From a virus: DNA of 58,634 nt. The position numbers and the translations under genes are program-made. The stretch lies in IMG/VR virus record IMGVR_UViG_3300011244_000001. One strand, given 5' to 3'. Below, piece after piece: positions 8,656 through 18,793 of this stretch; positions within the stretch are counted from its first letter, which is position 1, and every line of letters starts with the position of its first letter. Under the pieces are notes generated by a model. That model was not told the origin of the DNA. It was given only the letters and a program-made list of their open reading frames with translations, and searched no databases.

Positions 8656-11600
8656 CTATTGTCCTCTGTCGAGTCGATTTTGTAAAGCCGATAGCTCTTC
8701 GCGGAGCGTCTGAATTTGCGCCTCTTGTGCTTTAATTTGTCCATGTTGTTGCCAGGCGTTGCCCATCAACAGGCGTTGAATCCGGGTATTGTTGACCATC
8801 ATTCCCCCGTTCTCGTCGAATGTAGCGAGACGCGCCCGCTCCACATCGGCGCGGTTGTACCTTAGCATGTCAGTGAATTGCCTGTCTATTTGACCGGCCA
8901 TCTCTAGTTCAATTCGACGAATAAGTTCTGCGTCATCGTATTCTCCGTAGGTAGAGAGCGTGCCAACTCCGTCAGTCCATATGTCCCCGTCCCCCTTGAT
9001 GATCACGCGGGTTTGTGCGTTGCTGCGGAGAGTGAATATATTGTCGTCGGCAGCAAAGCCCGTAACGCCGGTACCGCTCTTTAGGACAGCGTTGATATTC
9101 ATTGCCCCGACCGAGGTTGTCGCTTCGGTTGTGACAACGGTTGTCACGTAGGGGGAGAGGACAATACCCACATCAGCCTCGCTTAGTCCGGCAATGTTAA
9201 GCCCGCCCGTACCGAACGTGCGTTGGTTCATAAATCCGTATGTTTCTGTCACGACCACATCGGTTATGCCGTGCGCGACGGAGCCGGTAGCGCGTAGGAT
9301 AATGGCGTTGTTGCCAGTGCTTTCATTGTCGGAAACGATCTGCCCTGTGTTGGCCGTTAGTGACCCGCCGCCCCCGGCAATGAGTCCGTTTCCTGCCGTA
9401 ATAACCTGCCCGGCATAGAAGTTACCGTTAGTCTCTAGCAACCCCCCTGTGCCGATGCCGTTAGTCTGGATCAGTACATCATCACCGGTCCCAGCAAATA
9501 TTTTGATACCGTCTGTCGCCACGCGAATCAGGTTGCTTCCGGCTGCCTGAATCTGGACACCCTCGGCGCCAGAAGCCGTGTTTTTGTAGCCAAAAATGGA
9601 ACCTTCTGGTAAGCCATCCGATACGTCAGTGAAGGTGATTGCCTTGCTCGTGGTAAGGATCGGATCGCTTGTTGTTGTTGTTCCCAGCAGGGTAAGCCCA
9701 TCGGCGTCCATGTAGACGTTACCGCCCCCGCCCAGCAACTTACCCGTTGTGTTGATTTGTACCTGTAGCACGCTGGCATTGTAGGTTTCTAGTAGCCCTA
9801 CGCTGCCAGAGCGGTATATCTTTAGCCCGGTCGTTGGACTAGCGAACGTGCCTGTACCCTGCCAGATGCCGCCTGATGCGCCAAGCTCCATCACCCCGGC
9901 GAAGTAACCGTTGCCACTAGCATCAAACGAGATGGTCTTGGTATTGGCCGCGTTGTAGAACTCTAGCGCCGTCGCTGTCCATTGTAGCTTCGGTCCGCTG
10001 GCCGCGCCTATCCGCAGCTTGAACAGCCCGTCGCTCTGATCCTCGCCTACCCACAATCCATTGCCGCCGCTGCTAATGCCGGTCGGTAGCGTGCCGCCAA
10101 TGCCCAGGCTTGGTACAGATGGGTCAAGACGAATCGTTTCAGCAGTTGCGACCGCTGCATACTCCCAGCGCACCCTTACGTGGGCATTATTCCACAAGGA
10201 GGCGGATGCCGTCTTATCTATGAAGGCGAAGGCGATGAGGCCAGTACCGGATGAGGTGTTGGTCGTGCGAATCGATATAATCTCTTCGCTCGTTAGCGGC
10301 GTCATGTCGTCGGAGCGCATGATCTGAGCGTAGAGCGTGACCGTATCGCTAGAGAACGCCGACCCAGAGTGGCGAATCCTTATCCCCACGTTGTTCAGCG
10401 TCGTCCAGGTTGGCGGGTCAGCGAAGCCCATTATCACCTCGCCGCTCCTCCCTGGCTCGTTGTTGATGTAGGACCCAGCCGCAGGGGTATCGTAGCCCGC
10501 GCTTACCTGCGTCCAGAAGGCAGCGCCCGTTGAGTCGGCCTGTAGGTTGCTGATGTCGGAGGTCGGTAGCCTGTCGGCTGTCGTCGCACCGTTGTAGGTG
10601 AAGCGAATCTCTACTTCTTCAACCTTAAATAATGCGTTGTCATTAGAATAGAGGGAGAGGCGTGTGCCGTGAAGCTCGGAGCGCAGGTCAGAAATGATGA
10701 CGCGGTTGCTATTGGCTACTCCGGCATGGAGTCCCCATTCGTAGTTACCTGTCACGCCAACTAACTGACCGATGCGGATGCGATGCTTACGGTTGCCCTC
10801 GGTATACGGGTTGGCCCCATGCCAGGTTGTGATACCCATATACGGGCTGTCTGGCCCGATAGCCGTTGTCCATTGCCATCCGTCGCCCGACTTCCCGAAG
10901 CCTAGTGCAATCAGACCAGCCCCTCCAATCTCGCCTACTGCTGCGGCATTGGCGCTACGTGTGGTGAAGGTCCAGCTTTGCTCATCTGCCGTCAGGTCGG
11001 TATAGCCGCTTACCTGACCCCAGACCAAGAAGGCTTGTAGCCCGCCGCTAGAGCGATCCATCGTGCGGATCATCACCCAATCCTCGTCTGCAAATACTTG
11101 CGAATCAGGGAATCCCGGCACGTCGTTGACATAGAGCGTACCGGTCGAGCTTACGGCAGGAATGGTAAACGGGCGCGATAGCTCGGCCATTGCTGGGGTG
11201 ACGTAGTGAGCACCAACGGATACGCGGGCGATGTCGGCAATAAACGACATGACGTGTAGCTCATCAGCCCGCAGGAAGCGGAAGTCTGCTGTGCCGTCGT
11301 ACTGGATACCCCAGCCTGTACCGAGAAAGCCGCTCGCAAAGCCCTCACGATAGAGAGCATTGGAGGCCATGATGCGGGTGACGTTGGCGGTTGAGTCAAA
11401 TTGCAGTTCGCCAACGGGGGCCAGCTTAAGCGTGTCGGCGGCGGTCGAGATGGTCTTTCCCCCTGCCGTGAATTGCAGGTTGCCGTCCATTACGACCAGG
11501 CCAGAGAAGGGGTCTAGGTTTAGGTTGCCAACATTGGTACGGATAGTACGGGCAGCACTCGTAAATGTTATGTCGCCGTCTACCTGCAAGATAGCCGTGC

Positions 11601-13899
11601 CGGGATCGAGTATCAGGTCATTCGCCGCAATGGTAAGCAGCTGTCCGCTGTTGCGTATCTGAGCCGCGCCCGCGCCGCTGAACTCTAGCTCGTTTACGCC
11701 CCGGTAATTGATACGCCCGTTGACCTCTAGCGCGTAACTGGTCTGATCTGTGTTAAGACCGAGGCCGGTCAGCCTCACTCTTCCCCCTGCCGTCGTTTTG
11801 AGCAGTTCGGCGGGTGTAGTCTGCCCGTCGCTTACGGCAGCAAGGGCGTGGGTATGCGTGTCGGCAAAGAGGGCGTTCGCACTGGTAGCCGACAGAGTTG
11901 TGGGTGTGCCGAGGTCAAGTACCTGTCCTGCGGCATAGACCAACCCCAGACCAGCGCCCGTCGAGCTTGCCAGGACATACCCAGGATGGTCGTTGTCGAG
12001 GAGGCCGGTCAATAGGCCGTGATCGGTGACGCCACTTCCTCCAGTTCCCCCGCTACCGCCTGGTAGGATCGTCACCGTACCACTGGCCCCTCTTCGCGCC
12101 AGGGAATCCAGCGTTTTCATGCGCCCAGCTAACGAACTAGCGAAGTCCTCTGGAGGTCTAATTTGGTTCGCCAGTACCACGTCCCACAGCGGGATACCTC
12201 CTGTTTCTGCGCTGATCCGCACGTTGACGCTTTTGACAAATAGCTCGTTGCCCGTCCCGTATGATTCTGTCCAGTAGCCGGTCGGCGTCTGAACAAATGA
12301 TAGCTCCACGCGCTGGCCTACCTTGAGCGGGACGGCACAGTTAAGCAACATGCCGTCAATCTGGAACTCGCGGTATGGCGCTTTGTGTACGTCCAGGTAG
12401 CGCATTGCTTCAATCGCCAGCATGTCAGCGGCAGGAAGAATGGACTCTGGTGACTCTGACTCAGTGCGAATGTCTGAGAAGTTGACGCTCTTCGACTGTA
12501 CACGACCAAGAGCGGTTTCTTGCGCGGCGTCATAGACGTTCGGCGCACGGTATAGACCGAGTGTGGCCGGGTTGATCTCGACGCTGTAGCCCGCAGCCGA
12601 CAACAGGCTTAGGGTGGCCGGGCTGACGGAGTTGAGGGTGATTACCTCATCTCCAGCGAACGGATAAACCCGCGTCACTCTATCTTTCCTGCCGCGCCTT
12701 GTGATTCCGTTTAGTGCGATGCCTGTGTTGTCGCGCTGCGTTGTGGTATAGAACGCTACATCGGTTGGCGTGTTGGGGACAACGATAGTCAGCGTGCCGG
12801 TATTGCCGCTGTCCTCAGAGAAGCCGATCCACTTGATGCGCCGGATTGGGGCGTTGAGTCCCGACTGGTTGATGTCTAGCCGGAAGTGTTCACCGCTGAT
12901 TTTGCTTGCTTCCATCAGCAAGTCCAGCACCCCCGCGCCGTCTGGTGCAAACTTACTACCCGACGCCGTGCCGTTGAGCGTTGCCGTCCAGCCGGTAGCA
13001 TAGGACATGATCTGCTGGATGTCGTTGGTCGCAACGGTGTTCCAGTTGGTCGTCTCTATCGCGTTTCCACTTGCTACCGCCAATGTCAGCGCGTCACGTA
13101 GGAAGACAAAGCCATCAACTGCCCCGTCATAGGTCGTGACCGGCTCCTCGTCTATGATTGTGACGTGATGAGTGCCGCCTGTCATCGTCACGTCTACCTC
13201 GGACCCAACTAGAAAATCAATTGCGCTGGCCGCTACCTTCACGCGCCGATGGCGAACGACAACCGCGTTTCCTGCATCGGCGTTGCTGGGAACTCGATCC
13301 TTAATCTTAAGTACCGTCGCTGGTACGCCCGGCAATCCCCCCTCGGTGACGCGGGTGACAAAAACGCTTCCATTATTGAGCGTGATGCGTATTTCGTCGG
13401 TAACTAATACTCCAGCTACGCTGGTAAGATCAACGGCGTCATTATTGGTGGGCGCTCCAATACGCATTGTCGTCGAAATCGGTGCGCCAAGCGCGGCGCT
13501 AACCGTAGTCGCGGTTGTGTTTTCGTTGCCGATAGGACGCCAGATTTGGAGCTTGGTCAGTTCGTCAAGCAGGCTAACGCAATGCAACCGTACCATCTCT
13601 GGGCCTTGCGGCTGCGTGAACGTCTCGACCTCCTTGATGATATAGCTCTCGCCAACGAAAAAGGCGTTGGGATACCACTTGTCGCCATAGACAAGGATGA
13701 CGATGTTGCCTGGAACCTCTAACTCGCCGTAGGTAGAGATAACCGGAAACGTCACCTCTGCGCTGCCAACGCCATCAAGGATAGACGACGCGCTGGCGCT
13801 GGTTACAGGCCGCGAGTAGCCCCCTAGCGAGTCCTGTAGAGCGACCGTGAAGTTAGACGGCGAGAAGAAAAAGACGTTTAGGTCGTAGAAACGTGACAA
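8656..13899 (-). CDS. Large tail-tip / host-specificity protein (1747 aa)
   Basis: Sits after the TMP and a Dit-like gene. TTG start with GGAG upstream. Contains a GGSGGTGGSG linker, a DTHTHAL (HxH) fibre motif and a C-terminal coiled coil. Confidence 0.7.
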   Translation of the reverse strand: MSRFYDLNVFFFSPSNFTVALQDSLGGYSRPVTSASASSILDGVGSAEVTFPVISTYGELEVPGNIVILVYGDKWYPNAFFVGESYIIKEVETFTQPQGPEMVRLHCVSLLDELTKLQIWRPIGNENTTATTVSAALGAPISTTMRIGAPTNNDAVDLTSVAGVLVTDEIRITLNNGSVFVTRVTEGGLPGVPATVLKIKDRVPSNADAGNAVVVRHRRVKVAASAIDFLVGSEVDVTMTGGTHHVTIIDEEPVTTYDGAVDGFVFLRDALTLAVASGNAIETTNWNTVATNDIQQIMSYATGWTATLNGTASGSKFAPDGAGVLDLLMEASKISGEHFRLDINQSGLNAPIRRIKWIGFSEDSGNTGTLTIVVPNTPTDVAFYTTTQRDNTGIALNGITRRGRKDRVTRVYPFAGDEVITLNSVSPATLSLLSAAGYSVEINPATLGLYRAPNVYDAAQETALGRVQSKSVNFSDIRTESESPESILPAADMLAIEAMRYLDVHKAPYREFQIDGMLLNCAVPLKVGQRVELSFVQTPTGYWTESYGTGNELFVKSVNVRISAETGGIPLWDVVLANQIRPPEDFASSLAGRMKTLDSLARRGASGTVTILPGGSGGTGGSGVTDHGLLTGLLDNDHPGYVLASSTGAGLGLVYAAGQVLDLGTPTTLSATSANALFADTHTHALAAVSDGQTTPAELLKTTAGGRVRLTGLGLNTDQTSYALEVNGRINYRGVNELEFSGAGAAQIRNSGQLLTIAANDLILDPGTAILQVDGDITFTSAARTIRTNVGNLNLDPFSGLVVMDGNLQFTAGGKTISTAADTLKLAPVGELQFDSTANVTRIMASNALYREGFASGFLGTGWGIQYDGTADFRFLRADELHVMSFIADIARVSVGAHYVTPAMAELSRPFTIPAVSSTGTLYVNDVPGFPDSQVFADEDWVMIRTMDRSSGGLQAFLVWGQVSGYTDLTADEQSWTFTTRSANAAAVGEIGGAGLIALGFGKSGDGWQWTTAIGPDSPYMGITTWHGANPYTEGNRKHRIRIGQLVGVTGNYEWGLHAGVANSNRVIISDLRSELHGTRLSLYSNDNALFKVEEVEIRFTYNGATTADRLPTSDISNLQADSTGAAFWTQVSAGYDTPAAGSYINNEPGRSGEVIMGFADPPTWTTLNNVGIRIRHSGSAFSSDTVTLYAQIMRSDDMTPLTSEEIISIRTTNTSSGTGLIAFAFIDKTASASLWNNAHVRVRWEYAAVATAETIRLDPSVPSLGIGGTLPTGISSGGNGLWVGEDQSDGLFKLRIGAASGPKLQWTATALEFYNAANTKTISFDASGNGYFAGVMELGASGGIWQGTGTFASPTTGLKIYRSGSVGLLETYNASVLQVQINTTGKLLGGGGNVYMDADGLTLLGTTTTSDPILTTSKAITFTDVSDGLPEGSIFGYKNTASGAEGVQIQAAGSNLIRVATDGIKIFAGTGDDVLIQTNGIGTGGLLETNGNFYAGQVITAGNGLIAGGGGSLTANTGQIVSDNESTGNNAIILRATGSVAHGITDVVVTETYGFMNQRTFGTGGLNIAGLSEADVGIVLSPYVTTVVTTEATTSVGAMNINAVLKSGTGVTGFAADDNIFTLRSNAQTRVIIKGDGDIWTDGVGTLSTYGEYDDAELIRRIELEMAGQIDRQFTDMLRYNRADVERARLATFDENGGMMVNNTRIQRLLMGNAWQQHGQIKAQEAQIQTLREELSALQNRLDRGQ

Positions 13900-13909
13900 G
13901 GTTGCTCCG

Positions 13910-14371
13910 CTATGACCAATTGTTTAGCCGGTCAAATACGAGTTCAACATTAACTTCGTGCTGCCGCCCCGCCCAGGCTCCGATGCGGTCAATCAGCGCC
14001 GTTGGACGTGCCGCCAGGACGATAGCCGACACAGTATGAGTGGCTACGCCAGAGGCGGTATACTCAACGCCCGTCAGCACGCCTGACCGCCCGTTGATAG
14101 CAATGAGGGTGGCGGCCTCCTGGTTAGCCGCCTGTTGATTCGCTCCTCGGCAGGAATAGACAGCACGAGAGTTACCCATGACGAGATCGGCGGGCCATGT
14201 ACCGTTGACGTTGTATTTCTCGCCATTAAACAGCGTGACTGTCGGGTTCCGTACCTCATTCCCCGTTTCGGCATAGAAAATCATGCCGCGATTGGCCGAC
14301 GTTAGGGCAACGGTAGACACGCCCCCGGCAGTATTAGCCACAAATTGGCGAAGTTCGTATGAAGAACCCAT
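13910..14371 (-). CDS. Tail component (distal tail protein candidate)
   Basis: 153-aa ORF between the tape measure and tail-tip genes. Assigned by position only. Confidence 0.4.
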   Translation of the reverse strand: MGSSYELRQFVANTAGGVSTVALTSANRGMIFYAETGNEVRNPTVTLFNGEKYNVNGTWPADLVMGNSRAVYSCRGANQQAANQEAATLIAINGRSGVLTGVEYTASGVATHTVSAIVLAARPTALIDRIGAWAGRQHEVNVELVFDRLNNWS

Positions 14372-14413
14372 TAGATCGTGTTTAGCTCCTTGCTAAATCG
14401 TCTTAGCTCCTTG

Positions 14414-17400
14414 CTAAATCGTCACTCCATGACGGCGGAATAGCCCTTCTAGCTCATTCCAGAAGGTATCGCTGCCATATGCGGGCATCCCGCCCTGTCC
14501 CCCGCCGCCCATGCTTCCGTAATTGTTTAGCGTGATGGTATTCTGTCCTCCTCCGCGTCCGGCGTTTAGGTTTTCTATGAAGTTGCGACCCAGTTTGTCA
14601 ACAGAGTTCTTGTTTAGCACGTACTCTCCTTCGTGGAGAATAGCGGGCATCGCTCCGCCGCGCAAGCCGCGACCGCGCTCGACAAAGCCGCCGTGTTGGA
14701 ACTCCGGGAAATCATATCTTGGGCCACTTTCAGGAGGCGCGCCAGGAAGTCCTTCGACGTTCGCGTGTACGGTGATGGTAAAGTTCTCGAATTGAGCTAG
14801 TGCTGACTGAATGGCGTCGGCGGCAGGATCGGTGTTGGCCGTTATCTCTAGTTGGTGTTGCTGTTCTATCCAGGCGTCTACCTCGCCCTGGAAGATGGTA
14901 AATGCATCGCCTTCGTCAACTGTTTTGACGTTGAAGTTAGCGACTCGCTCGCCGCCCCCGTCGAACCAGGCAGCGATGTCGTCATAGGCGTCATCGGTAG
15001 ACGTTGTGATGTCTACCCCGGCCTCGACTCTCGTGACCCCTTGCCCTAGTACCTCCTCAAAGAATCCCCCCGACGTTACATCACGAGTCGGCTCTATTTC
15101 GACCGGGACGCGAACAACACCCCGCCCAATCTCTTCTTCAAAGAAAGCCATGTCTGGGATGGGTCGCACCGTTATCTCGCCTACATCACCCGCGAAGAAA
15201 TCATTCAGTCGGTCAACACTGTTTGGCTCAAGGACAAACCCGACCGGCGCGGCCAACTCCGCCCTGGCGAGAGAGGACTTCAAGCCCTCGAATATCGCCA
15301 ATAGCTGGCGTTCCATGCTTTCCGGCGAGATAAGTCCTTGAGCAACCTTATCGGCCAGCCTGCCTTGTGCCTCGATTAACTTCTGCGTCACGTGGGCCGC
15401 ATCCGCTTCTTCTTTCGAGAACTCGCCAATGGCTATACCGTAAGACGTGACCGCCGCCTCGCTCGCACCAGCCGCAACTATCGCCGCCAGGTTCGCTTTG
15501 CGGAACTCCTCTATGTTGAGCGCCATTTCAAGATGAGCTTGGCCGAACTGTGTAGCCGGGATGCCCAGCGCGGAGATTGCACCTTGATACTGTCTCATCT
15601 CCGCGTGCGCTCCGGCAATTGCTTCTCCTTGATCCTCTGCGCTATCTCCCACTCGCTTAAAGCCAGTCTGTAGGTCGAACAATTCCTGACCTGTGCTGAC
15701 TAGGGCATCTTGGTAGCGTTCTAGCGCCTCGGTCTGCCAGGGAGTAGCCCCGCCCCCAGTACGAAAAGTGACGTCGCGTTCGGGACTGACCAGGGCCTTT
15801 GTGGGGTCTTCTTTGGTAGCGTCGATGATGCCCAGGAACGCCTCTCTTGCCGCCGAAGCCTTTTCGCGGATGACATCCAGGGCGTTCGCAAGAGCCTCTG
15901 ACTGTGCCTCGAAAGCGACGGTCGCTTGCTCCAGGGTGAACCCGCGCTTCATTAAGTCCGATATACTTAGCGTTTCTTTGCGTATCCGGTTGTATCCCGC
16001 GTCCATACGCGAGTCCAGAGCATTAAAAGCCTCGGCTTGCGCCTCTATCCCTCTCGCCAGTTCCTCGCCTATCCCCTTCGCTAGCTCGTCGTTAAGTTTT
16101 TTCTGCTCTTCCTTGAACTTCTTTGTCTCTTCGGTCCCAACACGCAAGGCAGCCTGATAGCCCTGCAAAACGGCCATCCGCAACGCCAGCGGGTTTACCC
16201 TGGTCCCCTCCTCCATTCCGGCCAGTTCGCCGCCCAGGTCGCCCGCTGCTATTGCCGCTTCCTTAGCTTCGTCTGTCCATTCTCTCATAACGGGGACGGG
16301 ATCACGGAAGGCGCTCGTTAGTTCCCTGTGAGATCGCCCCGCCTCTTCCCTAACGCGCCCCAACGCTCGTGCTGCCTCGTCTATTCCCTTCGGAAGAACC
16401 CCTATCTCGCGCAGGATTCCGATAACGGCTTCTATGCTGCCAATATCGAAGCTCGCCAGCTTACCAATTAGCCCCACGAAGTCGCCCAGTCCTCCCAGAC
16501 TAGCCGAGGGGTCCCTGATGTCGGCCAGGACTTGTAAGACGGCAGCAAGCTTGGTTAACTCACCGAGAGCAACGCCCGCGCCCATCTTCCCGATAGTCGT
16601 TGACAGGTCAATGAGATTCTTTTCTACGCCCTCGGTCGATTCGCCGACCTCCTGCATGGCGTCAACTAGCTCACGAGCAAATGCCTCTTTCAGCGCATTA
16701 CCGGCGTTCTCGGCCAGCACCGTCAGTTTTTGGTATGGGTCAACCAGCGAGTCGGTCTTGCCTGCCACCTGGTCAATCAGTAGCCCACCAACGCGCAAGG
16801 TTTCGTTCAGGAAGGCGATTTGTCTCTGCTCTGCCGATAGCTCCTTGACCGTGACGCCAATAGATTCAGCGTAGCGGGCGTTTGCCTCTCTCACCCGCAC
16901 GTTCAGGCCCAGGTTGTCTACCAACCGGAACTCGGCACGCTTGATACCCTTCGCCAACGACTCAAAGAAGAAGGTCGTGTCGCCCAGCGCGGGGTTCAGT
17001 ACCGATGCTGCTTTAGCAATCTCAATGATGCGCGGTACGTTAGCAGCCAGCGACTTGCCGAACTCGCCCGTTGTACCAGCGGCAACCGTAAGGAACGAAC
17101 TCATCAGACTTACGTCTGAGATAGTTCCCTTCGCTGCCCCGCGCATCTGGTTCAGTAAGTCAGGAACGCCGAGAATGTTCTTGGTTAGGTTGTCGAATGA
17201 ATCGGATAGCTGGGCGATACCCGCGCCTTCTTGTGCAACTTCCGCTACCTTCTTGAGTGAGTCAACGAGGAAGTCGGCACCCTTCACAACTGCGGCAAAC
17301 GCAATGGCCGACTTAGCGAGAACAGCCGTCATCCCGCCGTGTCGGTCTATGAAGCCTTTAGAGGCGTTGTCTGCTTTCTGGCTGGCGGCGGCGTAGGTAT

Positions 17401-17752
17401 CGAGGCTGCCCTGGACTTTCTTTAGTTCACTGGCGTAGCCCTGGTACTTCCGCGCTGCCGTGTCAATACTAATTGACCCGTTATTGACCTGTGCGCCCAG
17501 GCTACTCATAGACGAGCGCAGTTGGTCGGCACGAGCCTGCATCGTCTGTAACGAGACAGCGGCTTTTGCTCCGACGGGGCTTATGTTATTGGTTAGACTG
17601 CTGCTGCTGCGGGAAAGCTCGGCGAACGCCTTGCCTATCTGCCCCGCCGACCGTTCGGCACGAGACAGATCGTTGTTCATCTGATTGATTGCAGATGAGC
17701 CGGTCCAGTCTGCGCCAAATAGGATGCGGAGGGTGTCTAGTACGCTTGCCAA
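14414..17752 (-). CDS. Tape measure protein
   Basis: 1112 aa, Ala/Glu/Leu-rich and helical. Lies directly downstream of the G/GT chaperone pair. Gly-rich C-terminus. Confidence 0.8.
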   Translation of the reverse strand: MASVLDTLRILFGADWTGSSAINQMNNDLSRAERSAGQIGKAFAELSRSSSSLTNNISPVGAKAAVSLQTMQARADQLRSSMSSLGAQVNNGSISIDTAARKYQGYASELKKVQGSLDTYAAASQKADNASKGFIDRHGGMTAVLAKSAIAFAAVVKGADFLVDSLKKVAEVAQEGAGIAQLSDSFDNLTKNILGVPDLLNQMRGAAKGTISDVSLMSSFLTVAAGTTGEFGKSLAANVPRIIEIAKAASVLNPALGDTTFFFESLAKGIKRAEFRLVDNLGLNVRVREANARYAESIGVTVKELSAEQRQIAFLNETLRVGGLLIDQVAGKTDSLVDPYQKLTVLAENAGNALKEAFARELVDAMQEVGESTEGVEKNLIDLSTTIGKMGAGVALGELTKLAAVLQVLADIRDPSASLGGLGDFVGLIGKLASFDIGSIEAVIGILREIGVLPKGIDEAARALGRVREEAGRSHRELTSAFRDPVPVMREWTDEAKEAAIAAGDLGGELAGMEEGTRVNPLALRMAVLQGYQAALRVGTEETKKFKEEQKKLNDELAKGIGEELARGIEAQAEAFNALDSRMDAGYNRIRKETLSISDLMKRGFTLEQATVAFEAQSEALANALDVIREKASAAREAFLGIIDATKEDPTKALVSPERDVTFRTGGGATPWQTEALERYQDALVSTGQELFDLQTGFKRVGDSAEDQGEAIAGAHAEMRQYQGAISALGIPATQFGQAHLEMALNIEEFRKANLAAIVAAGASEAAVTSYGIAIGEFSKEEADAAHVTQKLIEAQGRLADKVAQGLISPESMERQLLAIFEGLKSSLARAELAAPVGFVLEPNSVDRLNDFFAGDVGEITVRPIPDMAFFEEEIGRGVVRVPVEIEPTRDVTSGGFFEEVLGQGVTRVEAGVDITTSTDDAYDDIAAWFDGGGERVANFNVKTVDEGDAFTIFQGEVDAWIEQQHQLEITANTDPAADAIQSALAQFENFTITVHANVEGLPGAPPESGPRYDFPEFQHGGFVERGRGLRGGAMPAILHEGEYVLNKNSVDKLGRNFIENLNAGRGGGQNTITLNNYGSMGGGGQGGMPAYGSDTFWNELEGLFRRHGVTI

Positions 17753-17755
17753 GTG

Positions 17756-18369
17756 CTATCTCCTGTATTTCTGTAGTTCATGGAAGCGCACGAGAAGTTC
17801 GGGGTTCTCGTTGGCCCAGGTATTCTTGTCTTTAGCATCGCGGTAGCCGTCAATTGCCGCCTCGACCAGCGCGGCCTCGCGGATACGCGCCATGTGGTAG
17901 GCGGGCCAATTGAACCAGCCCCCAGACCAGGGCCAGCCGTAGCGACGAGATCGCCAGAGCCAAACGAGTTGTGGGGGCGCTTTTGCCCCCTTCACTTTAT
18001 AGATGGCCGCTACTGCGGCTCTGTAAAATTTTCGTCAGGCTCATTCACTGTGGTAAAAAGCGCTGTAACTTTTTCGTACAGCGCCTTGAGCACGCCGGGG
18101 CGTAGACTTCGCATGTCAGAAGGCTTGAACTCGGTCGGTGCGACGACGAACCAATTAGCAGTCATCGCCGCCTCCACGACCGTGCGACGATAGACCACCA
18201 TCGGCTGTTCCCCTGCCGTCTGGCCCCCCAGTAGCTCGTCACTGGCAATGGCCCAGTCCTCGACCTGACCCTGCGTCATATCCAACGCATCAATCAGACC
18301 AAACTCATCTACCTTGATTAGCCGCAACTGGGCGGCAGTTAGCCCCTCTTTCTTAATCTCGTCGCTCAA
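17756..18369 (-). CDS. Tail assembly chaperone G-T fusion made by a -1 programmed frameshift
   Basis: ORF 17756..17995 is in the -1 frame relative to 18010..18369. The -1 frame is open from the slippery site at 18031 onward. Predicted fusion is about 204 aa. Confidence 0.6.
18010..18369 (-). CDS. Tail assembly chaperone (gpG-like)
   Basis: 119-aa acidic ORF between the tail tube gene and the TMP, the canonical position. Confidence 0.7.
   Translation of the reverse strand: MSDEIKKEGLTAAQLRLIKVDEFGLIDALDMTQGQVEDWAIASDELLGGQTAGEQPMVVYRRTVVEAAMTANWFVVAPTEFKPSDMRSLRPGVLKALYEKVTALFTTVNEPDENFTEPQ
18025..18031 (-). promoter_or_regulatory. -1 frameshift slippery heptamer A_AAT_TTT
   Basis: The minus strand reads gac gaA AAT TTT aca in the zero frame, 4 codons before the stop. 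This fits X_XXY_YYZ. Confidence 0.6.
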
Positions 18370-18400
18370 CTTGTTACCCCTTCCCGGCGACCTGGCCGGA

Positions 18401-18793
18401 TTACGTCTTAGTTAGTGCGCCGTCAATACCAATTTGCAATTGGATGGACACGAAACCCTCAACTGGATAGCTTACTCGGTTGTCCCGAATAAGTCCTGCC
18501 CCTGCGTATGCGCCTCCAAAAGTTCCGGTACGGTCAGCGTCAAACGTGAAGGCAGCCGTTTTCCCCGGCGTGAGCGCGTTTAGAAACGGTCCCGGCACAG
18601 GAGAGGCGTTGTCTAGCAGAAGGTTCAGCGTGAATACGGCACTCGGCACACCTACAATTTGCGCCTTGTAGGTTTGGCCTGAAATGGCCTGTTCTGTGAT
18701 TTCGGCAGTCTCTTGGACTTCGACCTCGGTTAGGCCGTCAATCCCCCAGGTGCCGAATGTTGAGAGCATATTCGCTCCCGAAAATTTAGACAT
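18401..18793 (-). CDS. Major tail tube protein (likely)
   Basis: 130-aa beta-rich ORF immediately upstream of the chaperone genes. Confidence 0.55.
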   Translation of the reverse strand: MSKFSGANMLSTFGTWGIDGLTEVEVQETAEITEQAISGQTYKAQIVGVPSAVFTLNLLLDNASPVPGPFLNALTPGKTAAFTFDADRTGTFGGAYAGAGLIRDNRVSYPVEGFVSIQLQIGIDGALTKT

